From the NCBI GenBank assembly GCA_965116905.1, contig OZ220732.1, positions 256,001-320,000 of the forward strand: a DNA stretch of 64,000 nucleotides. Reading direction: 5' to 3'. The notes under the pieces are model-generated. The model saw only the letters and a program-made list of their open reading frames with translations. It did no database searches and had not been told where the DNA came from. A program made the position numbers and the translations under genes. The stretch comes from Longimicrobiales bacterium (GTDB taxonomy: Bacteria; Gemmatimonadota; Gemmatimonadetes; Longimicrobiales; Gaopeijiaceae). This document shows, piece after piece, positions 1 to 8,917 of the stretch. Positions within the stretch are counted from its first letter, which is position 1, and every line of letters begins with the position of its first letter.

Positions 1-93
1 CGACTCGGCCAGGTATCCCTCCAGCACCTCGCCCACCGCCTTGAACGCGGCGCCGCGCCCGCCGCGCCCGCCGCTCTTCGCCGCCGCGTTCAC
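1..93 (-). CDS. Probable DUF721/DciA-family protein, N-terminal part (runs off window edge)
   Basis: GTG at 93 overlaps the recF stop (GTGA); reads MNAAAKSGGRGGRGAAFKAVGEVLEGYLAES; DUF721 commonly follows recF. Confidence 0.55.
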   Translation of the reverse strand, partial: MNAAAKSGGRGGRGAAFKAVGEVLEGYLAES

Positions 94-1259
94 GCCTCGA
101 TTATCCCCTTCCGGATACTCCACCGTGCCAGCGAAGGTCCCCTCAGCCGCACATCCGACTCCTTGGGCGCGGTGAGAATCACCTGGCCCGTGCACTCTTC
201 CTGCAGGAGGGTCATGACCCGCTCGGATCGCCGCTCGTCCAGCTCCGCGAACGCGTCGTCGAGGAGGAGGATCGGGTCAACGCCGCGCCGTCTCCGGATC
301 GTCGCCGCCTCGGTGAGGCGCAGCGCCAGCGCGGCCGTGCGGCGCTGTCCCCCGGATCCGTAGGTCCGCGCCGCGAGGGACCTGCGGGGCGCCCCCCGAT
401 GTGCCGCGATGGTGAAGATCAGGTCGTCGCGATGCGGCCCGCACGTGGTGACCCCGCGGCGCTGATCCATGGCCCGGCATTCATCCAGCCGGGCCTGGAA
501 CCGTTCACGGATCGATGCCTCGTCCGGCACGGAGGCCTCGTCGCCCGAATCGCCTTCACGGCTCCGGCCACCGCTTTCCCGCCACGACAGATCCGGCCGA
601 TAGGTCATGGCCAGCGGGTCGTCGCCCGAGACGGCCGTACAGTACCCGGCGAAGGTCCCCGCCCAATCCGCGACCCATTGGCCGCGTACGCGGGTCACGT
701 GCGCGCCGTTTTCCACGAGCAGTCCGTCCCATGCCCGCACGGCCATGGCTCCGGCGTCCGCCTTGAGCGCCGCGTTTCGCTGCGCCAGCGCCTTCCGGTA
801 TCCGGACAGCGCTTCAACGTACCCGCCCAGGTTGAGAGAGAGGAGGATGTCCAGGAAGCGCCGCCGCAACCGCGGACCCCCGTTCACGAGGTCCACGTCG
901 GCCGGCGAGAAGACGACCGCCCCGAGGCGTCCCAGCGCTTCGGAGATGCGGACCGAATCGTTCCCGTCCACGGAGACCCGCTTCTTCCTCCGCTTGCGGT
1001 CGAATCCGGCGGCAACCGTGGTCGGCCTGTCTCCCTTCACGGACCCTCTCAAGTGAAAGACATCCTTCGCGAATTCCGTGAGTTCACCATCGCCCGCCCC
1101 GCGAAAGGAGCGGAAGCTCTCCAGGTAGTAGATCGCCTCCAGGAGATTGGTCTTCCCCTGCGCGTTCTCGCCGACTACCGCAACACCCTCCGGAGGGAAG
1201 CGCAGTTCCTGGATTCCGAGGTTGCGGAAGTGGCGCAACTCCAGTTCACTCAAGACCAC
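90..1259 (-). CDS. recF: DNA replication and repair protein RecF
   Basis: LELRHFRN start, Walker A GENAQGKTN, GPHRDDL, GSGGQRRT signature, LLLDDAFAELD; start trimmed from the ORF track. Confidence 0.95.
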   Translation of the reverse strand: MVLSELELRHFRNLGIQELRFPPEGVAVVGENAQGKTNLLEAIYYLESFRSFRGAGDGELTEFAKDVFHLRGSVKGDRPTTVAAGFDRKRRKKRVSVDGNDSVRISEALGRLGAVVFSPADVDLVNGGPRLRRRFLDILLSLNLGGYVEALSGYRKALAQRNAALKADAGAMAVRAWDGLLVENGAHVTRVRGQWVADWAGTFAGYCTAVSGDDPLAMTYRPDLSWRESGGRSREGDSGDEASVPDEASIRERFQARLDECRAMDQRRGVTTCGPHRDDLIFTIAAHRGAPRRSLAARTYGSGGQRRTAALALRLTEAATIRRRRGVDPILLLDDAFAELDERRSERVMTLLQEECTGQVILTAPKESDVRLRGPSLARWSIRKGIIEA

Positions 1260-1410
1260 GAACGCCGCTGGAACCGGTGGCGAGAGACTCCGGACATGCC
1301 ATGAATATAACAGGATCGGACCCACCTCCGGCGGCGGTCGGACCGACCCGCCGAACGGTCCGCCGAACGGTCTGCGGAACCGCCCTTCGAACCCCTGCCG
1401 CGGTCCGTCT

Positions 1411-2196
1411 CTACGATCCCTTGAAGTTCGCCTTCCGCTTCTCCAGAAACGCCGCCATTCCCTCGCGCATGTCGTCGGTGGAGGCCAGCAGTCCGAAGAG
1501 CGACGCCTCGAACTCGAGTGCGTGATCCATCGTGCTCTCGATGGCCCCGTACGCCGACGCCAGCGCCATCTCCACGGCAACCGGAGCGTTCTTCGCGATT
1601 CGCCCGGCCAGCGCGGTCGCTCGCTCCATCAGCTCGGCGTGGGGCACCACCATGTTCGCCAGCCCCATTTCCGCCGCCCTGTCGGCCCCGACCATGTCGC
1701 CCGTCACGATCATCTCGACCGCGCGTCCCAGGCCCACAAGGCGCGCGAGGCGCACCGTCCCGCCATAGCCGGGAATGATGCCCAGGCCAACCTCCGGCAA
1801 GCCGAAGCGCGCCCGGTCGCTTGCGACGCGCAGATGGCAGGCCAGCGCGAGTTCGCACCCGCCCCCCAGCGCATAACCTCCGACCGCGGCAATGACCGGC
1901 CGGGGGAAGCGCTCGATCCGGCGAAGGACCTCCTGTCCGGCCCGGCTCACCTCCGTCCCGGTCAGCGTGCCCATCTCGGCGAGCACCCCGATATCCGCGC
2001 CGGCCACGAAGGCCTTGTCGCCCGCTCCGGTCAGAATCACGGCACGCACGCTCCGGTCGTCCCGCAAACCCCCGAAGGCCGTATCGAGTTCGGCCACGAC
2101 CTGCGGGTTGAGGGCGTTCAGCTTCGACTGCCGGTCTATGGTCACCGTCGCGATGGACCCGGACACCCGGGTTCGTACGTACTGGCTTTCGCTCAT
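1411..2196 (-). CDS. Enoyl-CoA hydratase/crotonase family
   Basis: AFVAGADI, ALGGGCELALACH, FGLPEVGLGIIPGYGGT, EGMAAFLEKR. Confidence 0.93.
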   Translation of the reverse strand: MSESQYVRTRVSGSIATVTIDRQSKLNALNPQVVAELDTAFGGLRDDRSVRAVILTGAGDKAFVAGADIGVLAEMGTLTGTEVSRAGQEVLRRIERFPRPVIAAVGGYALGGGCELALACHLRVASDRARFGLPEVGLGIIPGYGGTVRLARLVGLGRAVEMIVTGDMVGADRAAEMGLANMVVPHAELMERATALAGRIAKNAPVAVEMALASAYGAIESTMDHALEFEASLFGLLASTDDMREGMAAFLEKRKANFKGS

Positions 2197-2417
2197 CGGC
2201 CGTGCTCTCCGTCGGGCTCCTGTTCGGCCACGGGGGAGGCCGTGGACCGCGCGATGGGAACCTATGTGTCTCGTTGGGACATCGCCAAGTCGCAATGGGA
2301 CGCAATCAGCCCTCGGGCGTAGCGGTACCGGCGGTCCCTTCTTACCTTCCTTGTCCGGACGCTCCTTGTCCGGCCGCTCCTGTCCGGACGCTCAGAACCG
2401 CTTCTTCACGAGGAACC

Positions 2418-2867
2418 ATGGCGCGCTCTCTCAACAAGGTGACATTGATCGGGAATACCGGGAGTGACCCCGACGTGCGCACGACACCTTCGGGTACGCG
2501 CGTCGGAAAGCTCTCGCTGGCCACCAGCCGGTCTTTCCAGGACCGTTCGGGACAGCAGCAGGAGCGCACCCAATGGCACCGCCTCACCTTTTTCGGGCGA
2601 CTGGTGGATGTGGTGGAGCAATGGGTCAAGAAGGGCGACAGAATCTACGTCGAGGGGCGGCTCGAGTACTCCCAGACACAGGACGACCAGGGCGCCACAC
2701 GCTACTGGACCGACATCATCGTGAACGAGATGATCATGCTCGGGTCGAGCGGTGGGGGGGGCGGTGGCGACCGGATGGACGCGCAGGCCCCCGCACGCAG
2801 CGGCGGGGGGTACAGTCCGCCTCCCAGGCAACCCATCACGGAACCCGAGGACGACTTGCCCTTCTAG
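2418..2867 (+). CDS. ssb: Single-stranded DNA-binding protein
   Basis: [21 protein letters not shown], acidic tail EDDLPF; AGGA upstream. Confidence 0.97.
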   Translation: MARSLNKVTLIGNTGSDPDVRTTPSGTRVGKLSLATSRSFQDRSGQQQERTQWHRLTFFGRLVDVVEQWVKKGDRIYVEGRLEYSQTQDDQGATRYWTDIIVNEMIMLGSSGGGGGGDRMDAQAPARSGGGYSPPPRQPITEPEDDLPF

Positions 2868-2904
2868 CGGGGCGCAGACGGCATTTCTGCCGGGGGACAG
2901 GATC

Positions 2905-3120
2905 TTGGCCAACGACGCAATCGAAATGGAGGGCACCGTAACCGAGGTCCTGCCCAACGCGAACTTTCGGGTGAAGCTGGAGAACGGGCACGAGATTCTG
3001 GCGTACCTGTCCGGGAAGATGCGGAAGTTCTATATCCGCGTCCTGGCCGGAGACCGGGTCAAGGTCGAGATGTCGCCCTACGACCTGACGCGAGGCAGGG
3101 TGACCTACCGATACAAGTGA
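2905..3120 (+). CDS. infA: Translation initiation factor IF-1 (TTG start)
   Basis: [24 protein letters not shown]...[36 protein letters not shown]. Confidence 0.97.
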   Translation: MANDAIEMEGTVTEVLPNANFRVKLENGHEILAYLSGKMRKFYIRVLAGDRVKVEMSPYDLTRGRVTYRYK

Positions 3121-3173
3121 GGGCCTGGTTCCTCTTCTGAGGGCCTAGTCCTTCTGAGGGCCTAGTCCTCTTC
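3118..3173. repeat. Three tandem 17-20 bp copies of the junction between convergent stop codons
   Basis: tgagggcctggttcctcttc / tgagggcctagtccttc / tgagggcctagtcctcttc. Confidence 0.85.
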
Positions 3174-3467
3174 CTCGCTTTTCCAGAGCCCGAGCAGGTA
3201 GGGATCGAAGCGCTCCGGGTGTTCCCGGTACTGCCTGCGCCACTCTTCGAACTCCGGCAGGTCGAGTCGCTCGCGCACCCTGGCGGTCGCGTAGCGGATG
3301 GCGTCGTTGTACGAGGCGGGTGCTACCCCCCTGGCCCGGCGCGCCTCCGATTCGGCCAGCGAATAGATTTCGTCCGGATCGAGGGATAGCACGGCGTCGG
3401 CAACGCGGGCAGAGCAATAGTCCCTGTACTTCGCCCTAAGTACGTCGTCCCCGTCTCGCTCCGCCAT
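3162..3467 (-). CDS. Hypothetical protein, 101 aa
   Basis: Protein-like composition (LRAKYRDYCSARVADAVLSL...), high-GC3 codons, AAGG upstream. Confidence 0.75.
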   Translation of the reverse strand: MAERDGDDVLRAKYRDYCSARVADAVLSLDPDEIYSLAESEARRARGVAPASYNDAIRYATARVRERLDLPEFEEWRRQYREHPERFDPYLLGLWKSEEED

Positions 3468-3685
3468 CCTTGCCCTCGTGCCTGACTCGCGACCCCAGCG
3501 TCTGACTCCGGAGGGGTCTGACTCCGGAGACCCGGGTCGGCCAACTCACAACTTTCCGTGTCAGCCACGGCGCGTCAAGGCTGGCGGCAACCACGCGAGC
3601 GGTCAGTGGCCCCGCCGTATCGAGGTTGATTGCCAGCGGCGCGGCGGCACGCCGGAGATGGCAAGCGGTGAGGCCTTGAAGGCCC

Positions 3686-3916
3686 CTATGGGTGCGCGAA
3701 GTCCGTGCCCGAGTCCGCCGAGTGGCGCATGGAACCGGCGTGGCTGCCCTCGGCATCCCTAAGTCGGCGATAGATCGAACGTCGCGTGAGACCGTACTGG
3801 ACGACCCGGCTCAGAAAGTCCGGATCCGAACGCTGTACCTCCTCGGCTTCCGCAGCCAGGTCGTTCGGCAGGCGAACGTCGAGTTGCACGGACCGCGTGT
3901 TCCACATGCGCACCAC
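3686..3916 (-). CDS. Small hypothetical protein, possible ribbon-helix-helix DNA-binding fold
   Basis: VQLDVRLPNDLAAEAEE...FLSRVVQYGL resembles the RHH strand-helix-helix pattern; start may be ATG 3907. Confidence 0.65.
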   Translation of the reverse strand: MVRMWNTRSVQLDVRLPNDLAAEAEEVQRSDPDFLSRVVQYGLTRRSIYRRLRDAEGSHAGSMRHSADSGTDFAHP

Positions 3917-4395
3917 ACCCTTAAGTCAGGAGATGTAATTCTCGCCAATTTCAGCCGACAAGCCCCGGGGAGGAGCGTGGCGCCGGCAGCGAGCGGGCAA
4001 CCCTTCCTTCCGAAGGACGGGCTTCAACGATACAAGGCTCGAACGCGACCCGCAAGCACGTTCCCGGTTCTGTATCCAAATCCCCTAACTCATTATGTGT
4101 CAACATGTTACGAGAATAGGCCACTTTTGGAATCCAGTTGTTTCCGGACGACTCACCAGGTCCCGAGAGTACCGTTCCGACACGCGCTAAGTGACAAATT
4201 GATAAGCAGTTGGATGCCTCTTCCGAAGTCGGATCGAAGGGCGATGGGAAACAGATTTTTGCCAAAAAATCATCACCGTGCGCCACGATCGAAAAAGCCG
4301 TGAAACGCTCGTCGCGGCCGAGTTTCGGCGTCGGAGAACTCCCCCGCAGCGGTCCGCAGCGCCCCCCTCCACCCCCGTGGACCCCCGCCCGGTGG

Positions 4396-5325
4396 TCAGT
4401 GCACCGCGAGTCCGCTGTCCGCCGCGTCTCCACCCACTGCATCGGCATCCCCGATGGAAAGCCGATTCAGGGTCGCCCGTTCTCCAAAAGTCGACACGAT
4501 GCCGCCGACCGCCCTGAACCGCTCAGGCTCGAAACGCGCGATCAGATGACTCAGACCGCCCCGCATCCGCTGCAGGCTCACCCGCAACTCGTCGAAGTCC
4601 ACGGGTATCCCGAAGCGTACCTGGCGCGATTCGTCCCCGCCCCGGGCAGCCACGGACGGGCGGCCGATCGGCAAGCCAGGAAAGACCTCGCGCAGCACGC
4701 TGTCCAGCGTCCGGGCAGCTTCGGCCGTCGCCGCGCGGAACACGAGTGCATTCGCCTCGTAGTCCAGATGCACGCGCGTGACTGCCCCGCGCCCGGTGAC
4801 GATGCGCACGACCGTGTTCTCGTGGAGGTCCAGATCCTTGCAGATGTCGCGGAAGCCGATCCGGAGCAGCGTGGGCCGGGTCAGCGGCGAAAAGCCCCGG
4901 CGGTTGAGGACCCTGAGTGCCAGGTCGAAACAGTAGCGGCGGAGTTGCCGGCCGTCGGGGCGGTCGGCGGATTCGGTCTTCGCGGCCGCTTGTGGCGCTC
5001 CCATGGCCCCGGAACCCTCTCCGGGAGAGGCGAGCGTCTTCAAATGCATGAGCGTGGGGCCGTATACCCAATCCAGGACCACGAGCTCGGACGCAAGGTT
5101 CAGGTACTTGATCCTTGCCGACCCCAGATCGATCGCGCGGGCGGACGAGGCGAACCGGCCTTCCAGGACCACCGCGAGTCCGATGTCCTGAATCCGGCCG
5201 CCGGGCTGGTACAGCTCGTGGGCCTGCCGGTACTGCACGACGGCCCTCGTAAGCGGCAGCTCACAAATGCCGGGCACATCGGCCATCGCCTCTGGGCGAC
5301 TTTCCGTCGTAGTCATCCGGTGCAT
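4396..5325 (-). CDS. Hypothetical protein (~305 aa)
   Basis: Long ORF with globular composition; start at 5325 or 5316 directly after a sigma70-like promoter. Confidence 0.7.
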   Translation of the reverse strand: MHRMTTTESRPEAMADVPGICELPLTRAVVQYRQAHELYQPGGRIQDIGLAVVLEGRFASSARAIDLGSARIKYLNLASELVVLDWVYGPTLMHLKTLASPGEGSGAMGAPQAAAKTESADRPDGRQLRRYCFDLALRVLNRRGFSPLTRPTLLRIGFRDICKDLDLHENTVVRIVTGRGAVTRVHLDYEANALVFRAATAEAARTLDSVLREVFPGLPIGRPSVAARGGDESRQVRFGIPVDFDELRVSLQRMRGGLSHLIARFEPERFRAVGGIVSTFGERATLNRLSIGDADAVGGDAADSGLAVH

Positions 5326-5333
5326 GGGGCGGG

Positions 5334-5363
5334 ATAATAACCATATGTTTATCGGGCGGGCAA
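5334..5363 (-). promoter_or_regulatory. Putative sigma70 promoter TTGCCC-N18-TATTAT
   Basis: Hexamers and spacing read directly from the minus strand, just upstream of the 4396-5325 ORF. Confidence 0.45.
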
Positions 5364-5459
5364 GGCGCCCGGCGGACACGCTCGCCGACACGCCGGGCCA
5401 CACAATGGCCGACACGCTCGCCGACACTGGGGCCTGTGCTGGCGTTGGAGAACCGGCTC

Positions 5460-5489
5460 TTGTTCTCCCTACCCGCTCACGGCTATGAT
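5460..5489 (+). promoter_or_regulatory. Putative sigma70 promoter for rpsU, TTGTTC-N18-TATGAT
   Basis: Near-consensus -10 in GC-rich DNA, ~115 nt upstream of rpsU. Confidence 0.45.
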
Positions 5490-5602
5490 TAAGGTCTTGC
5501 CACAAGTTCCCGGGACTCGGGGGCCCATGGTCACCGAGCCGCCGGTTCGGTCCGCCGCGCGATCGGCACACGGCCGAGTCCCTCAACGCAGGGTGATTTC
5601 AC

Positions 5603-5797
5603 TTGGAAGTCTTCGTCAAAGAGAACGAGAGCCTGGAGCGGGCACTTCGCCGGTTCAAACGGAAGGTGCAGAGATCCGGGCTGTACTCGGAGCTCCGCAA
5701 GCGCCGCTTCTACGAGAAGCCTAGCGCGCAGCGGAAGCGGCGGCGCGAGGCGGCCATCCGCCGCGAGCGGAGACGCCAGCGCCGGTCGCGGCGATAG
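5603..5797 (+). CDS. rpsU: 30S ribosomal protein S21 (TTG start)
   Basis: [18 protein letters not shown]...[16 protein letters not shown]. Confidence 0.96.
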   Translation: MEVFVKENESLERALRRFKRKVQRSGLYSELRKRRFYEKPSAQRKRRREAAIRRERRRQRRSRR

Positions 5798-5802
5798 AAT
5801 CC

Positions 5803-6681
5803 TCAGATCTTCAGCGCCACCGGCCCCTCAGGGGTCCAATCGTAGAATCCGGCGCCGCTCTTCCGCCCGTACCGACCCATGGTCACGAGACGCTTGAGCA
5901 GGGGAGGCGCCGCATAGCGCTCTTCCCGGTACTCGTCATACATGATCTCCGCGACCTGGTAGAGCGTATCGAGCCCCACGAAGTCGCATAGTACGAACGG
6001 ACCCATCGGGTGCCCGCAACCCAGGGTCAGAGCCGTGTCGATGTCCTCGACCGAGGCCACCCCGCGCTCCAGCTGCCGGATCGCGTCGAGCATGAACGGG
6101 ACCAGAAGCAGGTTGACCACGAAGCCGGAGTTGTCTCTGGCCGCAATGGGCACCTTGCCGACCCGCCTGGCGAAGGCCCGCGCCGTCTCGAAGGTCTCGT
6201 CGCTGGTGGCGATGGTCCGGACGACTTCGACCAGCTTCATGACCGGCACCGGGTTGAAGAAGTGGATGCCGATGAAGCGATCCGGCCGCGACGTGGCCGC
6301 GGCCATGTCCGTCACCGTCAGTGAGCTGGTGTTGGACGCGAAGATCGTCCTTTCGGGGCAAACGCCGTCGAGGTGGCTGAAGAGGTCGTTCTTCGCCTCG
6401 AGCGACTCGACGATGGCCTCGATGACCATGTCGCAGTCGGCGAAGTCGTCCAGCGAGGTCGTAAAGGTGATGCGCGCGAGCACCTCGTCGCGCCCGGCCG
6501 CATCGAGCTTGCCCTTCGACACGGCCCGGTCGAGCGACTTGACCATCCGGGAGCGTCCCGCGGCGACCGCCGCCGCGTCCACCTCGCACACTACCACGTC
6601 GCACCCGGCCTTCGCCGCGACCTCCACGATGCCGCTGCCCATGAGTCCACAACCGGCAACGCCCAGTCTGTTGATCTCCAA
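5803..6681 (-). CDS. 3-hydroxybutyryl-CoA / 3-hydroxyacyl-CoA dehydrogenase
   Basis: GCGLMGSGI, EAIVE, SNTSSL, GIHFFNPVPVMKLVEV, HPMGP, GRKSGAGFY. Confidence 0.95.
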   Translation of the reverse strand: MEINRLGVAGCGLMGSGIVEVAAKAGCDVVVCEVDAAAVAAGRSRMVKSLDRAVSKGKLDAAGRDEVLARITFTTSLDDFADCDMVIEAIVESLEAKNDLFSHLDGVCPERTIFASNTSSLTVTDMAAATSRPDRFIGIHFFNPVPVMKLVEVVRTIATSDETFETARAFARRVGKVPIAARDNSGFVVNLLLVPFMLDAIRQLERGVASVEDIDTALTLGCGHPMGPFVLCDFVGLDTLYQVAEIMYDEYREERYAAPPLLKRLVTMGRYGRKSGAGFYDWTPEGPVALKI

Positions 6682-6706
6682 ACCCGAATCTCCTTTGCCT
6701 TCAGTG

Positions 6707-7561
6707 TCAGTAATCGTCCCGGCCCATCACCTCGCGGGCGACGCCGTGGAAGTGGCGCCGCACCCATCGCCGCCAGGCCGGCGGCGGAGGCTCCAGTCCT
6801 CCGTCGCTTTCAAGCCCGTCGAGGATGCCCTCCACCTCGAGGCGTACCTCGCCGAGGCGCCGCTCGAAGCCCAGGGCCACCATGCTCATCACCGCCACTG
6901 CGGAGACGATCCCGGCCGCCAGGCCGCCCGCAACCGCCACGGGCAGCGTTGCCAGCAAGGCAAGGCCGGTGCTGACTCCGATCCCCACGGCTGCACCGGT
7001 CGTCCCGCCTCCCAGCACGGCACCCGTCCTGTATTTGCCCGCCATGCCGGGATCGACGACGATGTCCACCTGCGTGGAGTCCGGGCCCAGCTCGTCCAGG
7101 CGCGCCTCCACCAGCCGCGACGCGGCCACGTAGTGCTGCCGGGAGGTCGAACTCGCCGCCCGCGCCACCCGCGACGCCCAATCGATCGCGGGGCGGTATT
7201 GGAGCAGATCTTCCCTTTGGCGAACGCGCTGCAGGAGCTGGCTGCCGACCATGAACTCGTCCAGCTCGCCATGAACCTGCGCGCGCGACCGCTTCACCGT
7301 CCGGCCCGAATGGATCTCTCCGGTGGCCAGAAGCGCCCGAATGCGCCCGCGCCCCCGAACGAGCCGGCCGCGGTCCGAGCGGAACTCGGCCAGGGCTCTG
7401 CGCACATGTCGGTCCGGCAGTCCGACTTCTCGCCCGATACGGACCAGCTCGGCCTCCGTGAACTCCTCGTCCGGCGCACCCGGCTCCGTTGCGGCGAGTT
7501 CCGAGGCCCGCCGCATCACTTCGTCGAAGTCTCGCCTCGACAGCGTTGGCTTGCTGCTCAT
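6707..7561 (-). CDS. Hypothetical membrane protein
   Basis: N-terminal EVMRRASEL/ELVRIGREVGL helical motif, two C-terminal hydrophobic helices; lies between thiolase and the dehydrogenase. Confidence 0.75.
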   Translation of the reverse strand: MSSKPTLSRRDFDEVMRRASELAATEPGAPDEEFTEAELVRIGREVGLPDRHVRRALAEFRSDRGRLVRGRGRIRALLATGEIHSGRTVKRSRAQVHGELDEFMVGSQLLQRVRQREDLLQYRPAIDWASRVARAASSTSRQHYVAASRLVEARLDELGPDSTQVDIVVDPGMAGKYRTGAVLGGGTTGAAVGIGVSTGLALLATLPVAVAGGLAAGIVSAVAVMSMVALGFERRLGEVRLEVEGILDGLESDGGLEPPPPAWRRWVRRHFHGVAREVMGRDDY

Positions 7562-7588
7562 TCGTCCATCCGGCATGCACCGACCGTA

Positions 7589-8794
7589 TCAGAACGCTTC
7601 CACCACCACCGCGCCGCCCTGCCCGCCGCCGATGCACGCCGCGCCGAGGCCATACCGTGCGCCCCGCCGCCGCAGCTCGTGAAGCAGGTGCAGCGTGATT
7701 CTGGTTCCCGAGGCCGCAAGCGGGTGGGTGATCGCAATCGCGCCGCCATCGACGTTCGTGCGTTCGGGATCGAGTTCCAGCTCCTTTTCGACGGCCTTGT
7801 ACTGGGGCGCGAAGGCCTCGTTCACCTCGACAAGGTCCATGTCGTCCAGGCCCAGACCCGCGGCGGACAGGGCGGCGTGGGCAGCCGGCGCGGGGCCGAT
7901 CCCCATGATCCTGGGGTCCACGCCGGCGAATCCCCATGACACCAGCCGTCCGATCGGGGAGGTCCCGTTCGCCCGGGCCCAATCCCCCTCGGCGAGAACG
8001 ACCGACGCGGCGCCGTCACCGATGCCGCTGGCGTTCCCCGCCGTGACCAGTCCGTCCTTGCGGAAGTAGGGCCGCAGCCGTCCCAGGTCTTCCATGGTCG
8101 TATCCGGCCGCATGTGCTCGTCGACCGCGAACCGCGACTCGCCCTTGCGCGTCTTCACGGTGACCGGCGCGACCTCGGCGTCGTAGCGGCCCTCATCCCA
8201 CGCCGCCTTCGCGCGCTGCTGGCTGGCGACGGCGACCCGATCCGCCTCTTCGCGGGTCACCTCGTACCGGTCGGCGAGCTCCTCGGCGGTCTGCGCCATG
8301 CTCAGGCCGCAGTGCGAGTCGGTCAGGGCCTCCCAGAGCACGTCGTGGAACCCGTTCGCCGCGGGACCGAGCCGCAAGCCGCCCCACCTCGCGCCGCGCA
8401 CGACGTGCGGGGCCTGGCTCATGGACTCCGTGCCGCCGCACAGGGTCACGGCCGCGCCGCCGAGCAGGATCTCCTGGGCGCCCGACACGACCGCCTGAAA
8501 ACCCGAGCCGCACAGCCGGTTCACCGTGAGGGCGCCTGCCTCCCGGGGCACGCCCGCGCGCAGGCCGACGTGCCGCGCGAGGTAGATCGCGTCGGCGGAG
8601 GTCTGCAGTGCGTTGCCGTAGAAGACGTGGCCCACCTCAGCGGGCTCGATGCCTGCGGCCTCCAACGCCGCCTCGGCCGACAACACCCCGAGATCCGTGG
8701 CGGTGAAGTCCTTCAGCGAGCCGCCGAAGGTTCCAAAGGGAGTCCGCTTCCCCGAGAGGAAGACGACCTCCGTATCAAATCCTTGAGTCCCCAT
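7589..8794 (-). CDS. Acetyl-CoA C-acyltransferase (thiolase)
   Basis: VNRLCGSG, TAGNASGIGDGA, EVNEAFA, HPLAASG, CIGGGQG. Confidence 0.96.
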   Translation of the reverse strand: MGTQGFDTEVVFLSGKRTPFGTFGGSLKDFTATDLGVLSAEAALEAAGIEPAEVGHVFYGNALQTSADAIYLARHVGLRAGVPREAGALTVNRLCGSGFQAVVSGAQEILLGGAAVTLCGGTESMSQAPHVVRGARWGGLRLGPAANGFHDVLWEALTDSHCGLSMAQTAEELADRYEVTREEADRVAVASQQRAKAAWDEGRYDAEVAPVTVKTRKGESRFAVDEHMRPDTTMEDLGRLRPYFRKDGLVTAGNASGIGDGAASVVLAEGDWARANGTSPIGRLVSWGFAGVDPRIMGIGPAPAAHAALSAAGLGLDDMDLVEVNEAFAPQYKAVEKELELDPERTNVDGGAIAITHPLAASGTRITLHLLHELRRRGARYGLGAACIGGGQGGAVVVEAF

Positions 8795-8917
8795 CCCTAA
8801 GCTCCATGACTACGTCAGCTCCATGAATACGTCGACCAGATCGCCGAAACGCGCGAAACACCGTTCAACTTAACCCGATTCCGCGCCGAGCAGTTCGTGG
8901 ATAGAGTCCCCCCGGCA

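Noticed and set aside
90..1580. Long N-terminal extensions in the ORF track (recF, ssb, infA, SDR, ABC-ATPase, S9 peptidase, msrP and others)
   Set aside because: The extensions overlap neighbouring genes and precede the family N-terminus. Starts were trimmed to the conserved region.
3995..4022. SRP RNA (GGAAGGAAG on the minus strand)
   Set aside because: Lacks the flanking CAGG...GCAGC helix 8 consensus.
4085..4112. dif (XerCD) site
   Set aside because: Only ATGTTA matches the XerD arm and the spacing is off by one. Kept only as an unexplained pseudo-palindrome.
3917..4395. Replication origin oriC
   Set aside because: AT-rich and near recF/ssb, but there is no cluster of DnaA boxes and no dnaA/dnaN in the window.
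2905..5605. TTG starts of infA and rpsU as autoregulatory signals
   Set aside because: TTG/GTG starts are common in this window (also the hydroxyacyl-CoA dehydrogenase and the helicase), so there is no specific signal.
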